Assembly (NCBI GenBank): GCA_020724485.1
Contig: DYGW01000001.1
Span: 2,559-66,558 of the forward strand
DNA length: 64,000 bases
Direction: 5' to 3'
Source: Thermoflexus sp.
Lineage (GTDB): Bacteria > Chloroflexota > Anaerolineae > Aggregatilineales > Aggregatilineaceae
Shown piece by piece: positions 45,424-53,206 of this stretch. The first letter of the stretch is position 1. Each line of letters begins with the position of its first letter. Below the pieces are notes generated by a model, which worked only from the letters and a program-made list of their open reading frames with translations, ran no database searches and was not told the origin of the DNA. The position numbers and the translations under genes are program-made.

Positions 45424-48156
45424 ATGACAGACCATACACTACGCGACCCGTTCAATGCGCGGGCGTCCCTGCAGACCGACGAGGGGCGCGTGACCTACTA
45501 TCGCCTGGCAGCCCTGCAAGAGCAGGGCATCGGCGCGGTGGAACGCCTGCCCTTTTCGATCAAGGTGCTGCTAGAGTCCGCGCTGCGCAGTAACAACGGG
45601 TTTGAGGTCACCGACGACGATGTGGCGAGGCTCGCCCGATGGTCACCGGCAGCGCAGGATGCACAGGAGATTCCCTTCAAGCCGGTGCGCGTGGTTCTGC
45701 AGGACTTCACTGGCGTGCCATCCCTGGTTGATCTGGCCGCTCTGCGCTCGGCGATGCAGCGCATGGGCGGCGATCCGGCGCGCATCAACCCGGCGATCCT
45801 CGTTGATCTGGTGATTGACCACTCGGTGCAGGTAGATGCCTTTGGCTCGCCGAATGCGCTGCGCATCAACGCGCAGTTCGAGTTCGAGCGTAACCGCGAG
45901 CGCTACGAGTTCATTCGCTGGGGCCAGGAAGTATTCTCGAACTTCCGGGCCGTGCCGCCAGCCACAGGCATTGTGCACCAGGTGAACCTGGAATACTTGG
46001 CGAAGGGCGTGCTCACCCAGCAAATCGGCGGCGAAGTCGTGGCCTTCCCCGACAGTCTGGTTGGCACCGACTCGCACACCACGATGATCAATGGATTGGG
46101 CGTCGTGGGGTGGGGCGTTGGCGGCATTGAGGCCGAGGCGGTCATGCTCGGCCAGCCGATCACCATGCTCATGCCCGAAGTCGTCGGCTTCAGGCTGGTC
46201 GGCCAACTGCCCGAAGGGGCAACCGCCACCGATCTGGTGCTGATCGTCACGCAGATGCTGCGCAAGAAGGGCGTTGTCGGCAAGTTCGTCGAGTTCTTCG
46301 GCCCCGGTCTCAGTCACCTGAGCCTGCCCGACCGCGCGACACTGGCCAACATGGCCCCTGAATACGGCGCGACGATGGGCTTCTTCCCGGTTGACGCCGA
46401 GACGCTGCGCTATCTCGCCTATACCGGGCGTCCGCCTCAACTGGTACGCCTGGTCGAGCAGTACACGCGCGCGCAGGGCATGTTCCGCACCGACGACATG
46501 CCCGATCCGGTCTTCTCCGACACCCTGGAATTAGACCTCGGCAGCGTCGAGCCGAGCCTCGCCGGGCCGAAACGCCCCCAGGATCGCGTGCTGCTCTCTG
46601 AGATGCAAGCCAGGTTCCGGCAGGCGCTGGTCGCGCCAACCGCCGAGCGCGGCTTCGCGCTGCCGCTCGAAGCCCTGGGTCGCCGCGCAAGAATCGAGAT
46701 CGGGCGCAACGGCCACCAGACTGTTGAAGCGGGGCATGGGCTGGTCGTGATCGCCGCCATCACAAGTTGCACGAACACCTCCAATCCCTCAGTCATGGTC
46801 GCCGCCGGACTGCTCGCCAAGAAAGCCGTCGAGCGCGGGCTGAAGGCTGCTCCCTACGTCAAGACCAGCCTGGCACCTGGCTCGAAGGTGGTGACGGCCT
46901 ACCTCGAAGAAGCGGGTTTGCTGCCCTATCTTGAGCAGCTAGGCTTCTATGTCGTTGGCTACGGCTGCACCACGTGCATCGGCAACAGCGGCCCGCTGGC
47001 AACGCAGGTGGCCGACGCCGTGAAGGGGTCCGATCTTGTGGCGGCGGCGGTGCTCAGCGGCAATCGCAACTTCGAGGGGCGCATCAACCCGCATGTGCGC
47101 GCCAACTATCTGGCTTCGCCGCCGCTGGTGGTGGCCTATGCCCTGGCTGGCACGGTTGACATTGACCTGCACGCCGATCCGCTCGGCTACGATCCGCAAG
47201 GCGATCCGGTCTATCTGCGCGACATCTGGCCGACGCAACGCGAAATCCAGCAGACCGTCGCGGCGGCGCTCAAGCCAGAAATGTTCGCCGAGCAGTACGG
47301 CAATGTCTATGACGGCAACGAAACCTGGAACGCAATCCCGGTAGCGGCCAGCCCGGTCTACCAGTGGGACCCGGACTCGACGTACATCCAGGAGCCGCCC
47401 TTTTTTGTAGACTTGACACCGGAGCCGGCCTCCATTGCTGACATCCGGGGAGCGCGGGTGCTGGTCTTGTTGGGCGACTCGGTGACGACTGATCACATCT
47501 CGCCAGCCGGTTCGATTGCCCCGGACAGCCCTGCCGGGCAGTACCTGATCGCGCGCGGCGTCGCCGTCAAGGACTTCAACTCCTACGGCTCGCGGCGCGG
47601 CAACGACCGGGTGATGGTGCGCGGGACTTTCGCCAACATCCGCCTGAAGAACCTGCTGGTGCCGGACACAGAAGGCGGCGTGACAGTGCATATTCCCAGC
47701 GGCGAGCAGATGACCATCTTCGACGCTGCCGAGCGGTACCGCGCCGAGCAGACTCCGCTTATCGTCGTGGCGGGGAAGGAATACGGCACGGGAAGCTCGC
47801 GCGACTGGGCGGCTAAGGGAACGCTGCTGCTGGGCGTGCGCGCCGTCCTGGCCGAGAGTTTCGAGCGCATTCATCGCAGTAACTTGATCGGCATGGGCGT
47901 GCTGCCGCTCCAGTTCCAGGAAGGTCAGAGTGCTGCCGCCCTGGGGCTGACGGGCTATGAGCGGTTCGATATTGAGGGCCTAGCGGACAATCTCGTACCG
48001 GGCGCGGAGTTGCCGGTGCGGGCTACCCGCAGCGACGGCACCAGCAAATCCTTCACCGTCATCTGCCGCCTGGATACGCCCGTCGAAGTCAAGTATTACC
48101 GCAACGGCGGCATTCTCCACGCCGTGCTGCGCGACTTGATGCGCCAGAGCGCGTGA
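45424..48156 (+). CDS. acnA: aconitate hydratase A
   Basis: Full-length AcnA pattern including Fe-S ligand regions ([21 protein letters not shown]). Confidence 0.95.
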   Translation: MTDHTLRDPFNARASLQTDEGRVTYYRLAALQEQGIGAVERLPFSIKVLLESALRSNNGFEVTDDDVARLARWSPAAQDAQEIPFKPVRVVLQDFTGVPSLVDLAALRSAMQRMGGDPARINPAILVDLVIDHSVQVDAFGSPNALRINAQFEFERNRERYEFIRWGQEVFSNFRAVPPATGIVHQVNLEYLAKGVLTQQIGGEVVAFPDSLVGTDSHTTMINGLGVVGWGVGGIEAEAVMLGQPITMLMPEVVGFRLVGQLPEGATATDLVLIVTQMLRKKGVVGKFVEFFGPGLSHLSLPDRATLANMAPEYGATMGFFPVDAETLRYLAYTGRPPQLVRLVEQYTRAQGMFRTDDMPDPVFSDTLELDLGSVEPSLAGPKRPQDRVLLSEMQARFRQALVAPTAERGFALPLEALGRRARIEIGRNGHQTVEAGHGLVVIAAITSCTNTSNPSVMVAAGLLAKKAVERGLKAAPYVKTSLAPGSKVVTAYLEEAGLLPYLEQLGFYVVGYGCTTCIGNSGPLATQVADAVKGSDLVAAAVLSGNRNFEGRINPHVRANYLASPPLVVAYALAGTVDIDLHADPLGYDPQGDPVYLRDIWPTQREIQQTVAAALKPEMFAEQYGNVYDGNETWNAIPVAASPVYQWDPDSTYIQEPPFFVDLTPEPASIADIRGARVLVLLGDSVTTDHISPAGSIAPDSPAGQYLIARGVAVKDFNSYGSRRGNDRVMVRGTFANIRLKNLLVPDTEGGVTVHIPSGEQMTIFDAAERYRAEQTPLIVVAGKEYGTGSSRDWAAKGTLLLGVRAVLAESFERIHRSNLIGMGVLPLQFQEGQSAAALGLTGYERFDIEGLADNLVPGAELPVRATRSDGTSKSFTVICRLDTPVEVKYYRNGGILHAVLRDLMRQSA

Positions 48157-48185
48157 TTGGGCGCACTTGCAAATACTCTCTGTGT

Positions 48186-48218
48186 TGGCGGCTCTCGAAA
48201 ACGAGCCGCCAGTTTCTT
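48186..48218 (+). terminator. rho-independent terminator after acnA
   Basis: Stem tggcggctc/gagccgcca with an 8-nt loop, followed by gTTTcTT. Confidence 0.55.
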
Positions 48219-48329
48219 GGTAGCGCTGGCTGGGTTGCCGAGATGCGCAAATGCGGCTGACTAGAGTAAGATAAAGGAGGGTTGCCCCGGCAACCCAGCA
48301 CAACTTCTCGTCCACCAGAGGAGCGCGAG

Positions 48330-49253
48330 ATGCCACGAGTGATCGTTGTTGGAAGCGCCAACGTTGATTTTGTCGTGCAGACCCCGCATATTCCCCGCCC
48401 CGGCGAGACCGTCCTCGGCCATCACTTCGTCATGGCGATGGGCGGGAAGGGGGCAAATCAGGCGGTCGGGGCTGCCCGGCTGGGCGCGGACGTGATATTT
48501 GTCGCCAGGGTTGGGCGCGACATCTTTGGCGATCAATGCATTGAGGCGTATCATGCTGAAGAAATTAATACTGAGTATGTTACCTATGATGATCACGAGG
48601 CTACGGGCGTCGCGCTGATCGCAGTGGCGGCAGATGGCGAGAACAGCATCACGGTGGCTTCCGGGGCGAACATGCGTCTCCTGCCGGAACACATCGCGGC
48701 GGCGCGAGAGGCGATTGCCCGCGCTGATGTGCTCGTCATGCAGCTTGAGGTTCCGGTCGAGACGGTGCTTGCCGCAGCGCGTATTGCGCGCGAGCACGGC
48801 GTGCGCATGGTGCTCAATCCCGCTCCGGCGCGCACCCTTCCTGACGACTTGCGCAGGCTGGTGGACGTGCTGACGCTCAATCGCATTGAGCTGGCTCAGC
48901 TTGCCGGACTCAGCGAAGGACAGGTCAGGCAGCTTTCCGAAGAACAGCTTGGCCAGGTGCTCTTAGGTCTAGGCGTGAAGCAAGGGGTCATCACACTCGG
49001 CGCGCAAGGCGCGTTGGTCGCGGATTCCGCCGGGGTTGTGCACGTGCCCGCGTTCCCGATCACGCCGCTCGACACCACGGCGGCGGGAGACGCATTCAAC
49101 GCAGGACTGGCCGTAGCCCTCGGGCGGGGTGGGGGGCTTGTTGGGGCGGCTCGCTTCGCCAGCGCATGTGGTGCCCTGGCCGCGACGAAGATGGGGGCGC
49201 AGCCGTCGCTGCCGACAGAAGTGGCTGTGGAAGCTTTTCTCGCTGAGCGGTGA
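48330..49253 (+). CDS. rbsK: ribokinase
   Basis: GGKGANQAV and DTTAAGDAFNAG PfkB/ribokinase signatures. ATG 48330 has GAGGAG upstream. Confidence 0.85.
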   Translation: MPRVIVVGSANVDFVVQTPHIPRPGETVLGHHFVMAMGGKGANQAVGAARLGADVIFVARVGRDIFGDQCIEAYHAEEINTEYVTYDDHEATGVALIAVAADGENSITVASGANMRLLPEHIAAAREAIARADVLVMQLEVPVETVLAAARIAREHGVRMVLNPAPARTLPDDLRRLVDVLTLNRIELAQLAGLSEGQVRQLSEEQLGQVLLGLGVKQGVITLGAQGALVADSAGVVHVPAFPITPLDTTAAGDAFNAGLAVALGRGGGLVGAARFASACGALAATKMGAQPSLPTEVAVEAFLAER

Positions 49254-49331
49254 TGCCCCACACATCATGGCGTGGGGCGGCGCGACCGGGCCAGCGAGCA
49301 TGGCTGCCCAAGCAAGGGGGAGATAAGGCAC

Positions 49332-50048
49332 ATGACAGCGAAAGTGCTCATCGTTGACGATGAACTGGCCATTCGGGACGCGCTGGGGCGGAAGCTGCGG
49401 CGCGAGGGGTTTGACGTGACGCTGGCCGGCGATGGCCTGGAAGGATTGCGCGTGTTCCACACCGAGCGCCCAGACCTTGTCGTGCTCGATATTGTGATGC
49501 CCGAAATGAGCGGCCTGATCGTCTGCGCGCGCATCCGCGAAGTGGCCGAGACGCCGGTGATGATGCTGTCCGCCCAGGCGGTGACGGAAGAAGACATCAT
49601 CGAAGGGCTGAACGCCGGCGCCGACGAGTACCTGGTCAAGCCCGTCCGCCTCAACGAGTTTGTCGCGCGCATCAAGGCGCTGCTCCGCCGCGCGCAGATG
49701 GCGTCACCGGGCGTCGAGGCCGGCTACAACGACGGCTACCTCAGCGTAGACCTGCAGCGCCGCCACGTCCATGTGGACGGGCAGAAGGTTCACCTGACGC
49801 CCACCGAGTTCAAACTGCTGATCGTCCTGCTGGAAAACGCCGGGCGCGTCGTGTCGCAGCGTGAGCTACTGGAGCAGGTGTGGGGGCCGGAATACGTGGA
49901 CGATGTGTACTATCCCCGCGTCTATATCAGCCAGCTCCGCCGCAAGATCGAGCCTGATCCCGCCAGCCCGATCTATATCTTGACCGAGCACCGCGTCGGG
50001 TATCGCTTCGAGAAACAAGGCAAGTACTCGCACAACTCGCATAAGTAG
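49332..50048 (+). CDS. OmpR-family response regulator
   Basis: Receiver domain (VLIVDDE ... DLVVLDIVMP ... K) plus a winged-helix output (LTPTEFKLL, GYRF). Confidence 0.9.
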   Translation: MTAKVLIVDDELAIRDALGRKLRREGFDVTLAGDGLEGLRVFHTERPDLVVLDIVMPEMSGLIVCARIREVAETPVMMLSAQAVTEEDIIEGLNAGADEYLVKPVRLNEFVARIKALLRRAQMASPGVEAGYNDGYLSVDLQRRHVHVDGQKVHLTPTEFKLLIVLLENAGRVVSQRELLEQVWGPEYVDDVYYPRVYISQLRRKIEPDPASPIYILTEHRVGYRFEKQGKYSHNSHK

Positions 50049-50066
50049 TGTTGGCCGATCCCAGGC

Positions 50067-52319
50067 ATGAACGCCACCACGCTCACGCTGCTGCTCAATG
50101 GCCTGACCCTGGCCTTTGCCCTGGGCCTGCTGGTTCTGGTCCTCTGGCAGGACTCGCGCAGCGCGGCTAACCGCTACTTCGCGCTCTTCGTGCTCATGGT
50201 CGCCATCTGGTCAGCAGGATCGCTGCTGGGGCGTGCGGCGGCCTACACGGGTGGCGAGCGCGCGGTCATCCGGCTGGGCCTGCGCCTGCTCGATTTTGGC
50301 TACGTGGGATCGAGCCTGGCGCTCTACGTTTATGCGGTGATCGTCACAGGCGTGCGCGGGCGTTTGTTTCGCCTGGTGAGCACAGCGAGCCTCGCCATCA
50401 TTCTCGCCTATGTCTTCTTCCTCGTCTTTGTCGTCGAAACCAGCCGGCCATTCGAAGTAACGGATGCCGGCCTGCTGAGCTATCGCTATGGCACGTCAGA
50501 GACCGCTCTGTTCCTTGCGCTGCACGCGGTCACCATGTTCATCGTCTGGCGTTATAGAGCCAAGATTAAGGCGCGCGGGCTGACGGTGGGCATTCTCATG
50601 GTCTGTGCGGGGCACATCCTGACGCTGATCAGCCCGCGCCTGCTTGTGCTCGGCACCGCCGAAGATGTGAGCGCGCTCGCCACTTTGATCATGACCTATG
50701 CCATTGTCCGCCACCAGATCATGGTTCCCTTGCTGGGGCGCGCCAAGCAGCTTGAAGCCGTCCGCGATGTCGGGTTGGCGATCAGCAGCCGTCTGCGCCT
50801 GAACGAGACATTGGCGGCCATTGCTGCTCAGGCTGCCGGACTGCTCGGCGCCGACGGCGCGGCGATTTACTTGAAGCGTGGGGATACGCTCAAGCTTGCT
50901 GCTGTGTTCAACATGCCCGCGCAGTTTGTCGGCATCGAGACCAGGGTAGGGGAGGGCATAGTCGGCACAGTGGCCGTGGAAGTGCGCGCCAGGCGTCTTG
51001 ATCATTATGGCCGTGACTGGACGGGGACCCCCGATCTGCCACTGGCGCGCGAGACGTTCGGGGCTGTGCTGTGTGTGCCCCTCGTCTTTGGCGGGGAGGT
51101 CGTGGGTGTCTTGCTGGTCGTGCAGGGCCAGCAGGGCGGACTCTTCGACCCCGAAGACCTACGCTTGCTAGAGCTGCTTGGCCCCCAGGCGGCAGTGGCG
51201 ATCACCAACAGCCGGCTTTTTGAGGCGGAGCGCGAGCTTCTCACCGATCTGGCGGTGGCCAAGCGCCAGCTTGAGGCGGTGCTGACCAGCACGGAGAACC
51301 CCGTGATCGCCGTAGACCGGCGGTTGCGCGTCCTTTTCGCTAACCCTGCTGCCAGCACGCTCCTGCATACGGAAATTGATCCGGTTGGGCAGTCATTGAC
51401 CGATCTCGTGCCGCGCCAGTTTCTTCCTGGCAATGTCCGCACGGTCTTGCGCGACCTGCGCAGCCGGCGCGCCCATGTGTACGAGGTGACAGTGCACAAC
51501 CACACCTATCTATGCCATGTCGCGGGCTTGGGGCGACCGCACCCGGAGGGATGGGTCGTAGTGTTGAACGATGTCACCGAGCTGAAAGAGTTGGATCGGC
51601 TCAAGAGCCAGATGATCCAGATGACCAGCCACGACCTGAAAAACCCGCTCCAGGCGGCGATGAGCTATATGGAGCTGTTGATCGAGGACGGCCAGGCGGC
51701 GTTCACGTCCGATATGGAAGACTATGTAGAGGCCGTCTGGTCGCAGTTGTCGCGCATGTACCGCCTGATCAACAGCATCCTCGACCTGGAACGCGCGGGA
51801 GGTGGGCGGCGCGTCAGCGAAGAGTGCGACCTGGCCGCGCTCCTGGGTCGAGTCGCGGTGGATATGGCGATGCCCGCGCGCGAACATCATGTCACGCTCG
51901 ATCTGCACATTGCCGAGGCCCTGCCGCCGATCAGCGGTGACGGCCAACAGTTGTCCCAGGCGTTCGCCAACATTGTGGACAACGCGATCAAATTCACCCC
52001 CGCCGGAGGGCGCGTGGACATCTACGCCTCCACCAACCACGCGGAGGTGCAGGTAGACGTGCGCGACACCGGAATCGGCATTCCAGAGGATGAGCTTCCC
52101 CACGTGTTCGAGCGTTTCTACCGGGGCAAGCAACGCGCTGCGCCCACGGTCAGTGGATCAGGGTTGGGGTTAGCACTGGTGAAGGTCGTCGTGGAGAGCC
52201 ACCGGGGTAGGGTGTTCTTGACCAGCGCGCCAGAGAAGGGTACTTGCGTGACCGTCATCCTTCCCGCTGCAGCGGGCGCGCTGCAGGGACTGCCAGACGC
52301 CAAGAAGGGGTTGCCGTGA
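50067..52319 (+). CDS. sensor histidine kinase (7TM input, GAF, PAS, HisKA, HATPase_c)
   Basis: N-terminal polytopic domain, GAF-like (LNETLAAIAAQAAGLLGADGAAIYL), H-box MTSHDLKNPL, and N/G boxes (DNAIKFTP, DTGIGI, GSGLGLA). Confidence 0.88.
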   Translation: MNATTLTLLLNGLTLAFALGLLVLVLWQDSRSAANRYFALFVLMVAIWSAGSLLGRAAAYTGGERAVIRLGLRLLDFGYVGSSLALYVYAVIVTGVRGRLFRLVSTASLAIILAYVFFLVFVVETSRPFEVTDAGLLSYRYGTSETALFLALHAVTMFIVWRYRAKIKARGLTVGILMVCAGHILTLISPRLLVLGTAEDVSALATLIMTYAIVRHQIMVPLLGRAKQLEAVRDVGLAISSRLRLNETLAAIAAQAAGLLGADGAAIYLKRGDTLKLAAVFNMPAQFVGIETRVGEGIVGTVAVEVRARRLDHYGRDWTGTPDLPLARETFGAVLCVPLVFGGEVVGVLLVVQGQQGGLFDPEDLRLLELLGPQAAVAITNSRLFEAERELLTDLAVAKRQLEAVLTSTENPVIAVDRRLRVLFANPAASTLLHTEIDPVGQSLTDLVPRQFLPGNVRTVLRDLRSRRAHVYEVTVHNHTYLCHVAGLGRPHPEGWVVVLNDVTELKELDRLKSQMIQMTSHDLKNPLQAAMSYMELLIEDGQAAFTSDMEDYVEAVWSQLSRMYRLINSILDLERAGGGRRVSEECDLAALLGRVAVDMAMPAREHHVTLDLHIAEALPPISGDGQQLSQAFANIVDNAIKFTPAGGRVDIYASTNHAEVQVDVRDTGIGIPEDELPHVFERFYRGKQRAAPTVSGSGLGLALVKVVVESHRGRVFLTSAPEKGTCVTVILPAAAGALQGLPDAKKGLP

Positions 52320-52879
52320 AAATCTACACACGAACGGGAGACGCAGGGCAAACCAGCCTGTTTGCGGGAGGGCGTGTCAGCAAGGATCATGTCCGGTTGC
52401 ATGCCTATGGCAGCGTGGACGAGCTAAACTCTCTGCTGGGCGTCGTGCTGGCAGCGGGTCTGCCAGACGCGCTCAGCGCCAGCGTGCAGCGCGTGCAGCA
52501 TGACCTGTTCGTCGTCGGCGCAGACCTCGCCACGCCGCTGGACGCCGCGAGCAGCTATGTCTTGCGCGTCGGGCCGGAGCGCGTGCAGGCGTTGGAGGCG
52601 GAAATTGACGAGTGGGAGGCGCTCCTGCCGGCGCTAAAGCACTTCATCCTGCCGGGCGGCTCGTTGGGGGCTGCTCTGCTCCACCAGGCGCGCACGGTGT
52701 GCCGGCGGGCCGAAAGGTGGGTCGTGGCGCTCCAGACGGGCGAGAGCATCAACGGCGAAGTCCTGCGCTATCTCAACCGGCTGTCGGACTGGCTGTTTGT
52801 CGCGGCGCGCTGTGCCAACCGCGACGCCGGCGTCGCGGAGGTGCAATGGCGACGGCCTGACGGGACAGAATCATCGTAG
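52316..52879 (+). CDS. ATP:cob(I)alamin adenosyltransferase, PduO type
   Basis: N-terminal KIYTRTGDAGQTSLF signature. GTG 52316 overlaps the kinase stop (GTGA). Confidence 0.85.
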   Translation: MKIYTRTGDAGQTSLFAGGRVSKDHVRLHAYGSVDELNSLLGVVLAAGLPDALSASVQRVQHDLFVVGADLATPLDAASSYVLRVGPERVQALEAEIDEWEALLPALKHFILPGGSLGAALLHQARTVCRRAERWVVALQTGESINGEVLRYLNRLSDWLFVAARCANRDAGVAEVQWRRPDGTESS

Positions 52880-52880
52880 A

Positions 52881-52940
52881 AATAGTTTTATTTGCCATAC
52901 TGTATTATATATACACATATTTATATGGATTTCTCTACTG
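52881..52940. other. sharply AT-rich tract (23% GC by hand count)
   Basis: aatagttttatttgccatactgtattatatatacacatatttatatggatttctctactg has 14 G/C in 60 nt, directly after the pduO-type stop in a ~63-70% GC context. Confidence 0.8.
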
Positions 52941-53134
52941 GGCAGATGAGTGACGAACCGGACTCGCGCAGCGCGATCCGTCAATTTAGGCGACGATGAT
53001 CGGGACGAGCACGGCGTGGCGCGCCATCACGGGGAAGCAGGCGCAGAACCGTTGCGCGGTCGAGCCAGCGGCAGAGCAGGGCGGCTTTGTGCCGTGTGAC
53101 TTCTGGCAGCCAAGTGGGGTTGCCAGATTGCGGA

Positions 53135-53191
53135 TACTATAGTAACATAACGAAGGAAATGCACGATAGGGGCTTCTTATGTTACACATAA
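53135..53191. promoter_or_regulatory. nested AT-rich palindromes / inverted repeat upstream of the TIR-recombinase gene (candidate operator or recombinase site)
   Basis: TACTATAGTA (53135-53144, perfect 10-bp palindrome). GTAACATAAcGAAG (53142-53155) is inverted against CTTCTTATGTTAC (53173-53185). TTATGTtacACATAA (53177-53191) is a perfect 6-3-6 palindrome. The start codon is at 53207. Confidence 0.35.
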
Positions 53192-53206
53192 TGAGGACAG
53201 AGGCGA

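Noticed and set aside
52244-52315. Upstream extension of the pduO-type ORF, and a possible cobalamin riboswitch ahead of it.
   Set aside because: The extension lies inside the kinase coding region in another frame. The conserved KIYTRTGD N-terminus begins at GTG 52316. There is no intergenic space for a riboswitch.
52986-53189. 67-aa minus-strand ORF in the spacer upstream of the TIR-recombinase gene.
   Set aside because: It has no RBS and an atypical composition, it spans the palindromic region, and it has no recognisable motif. It is probably non-coding.
53142-53191. Possible chromosome dimer-resolution (dif) site, because of the CATAA/TTATG half-sites next to a recombinase gene.
   Set aside because: In dif the two arms are separated by 6 bp. 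Here the long arms are 17-26 bp apart, and the closely spaced pair has the opposite arrangement with a 3-bp spacer. Nothing supports terminus location either. It is kept only as a generic candidate binding site.
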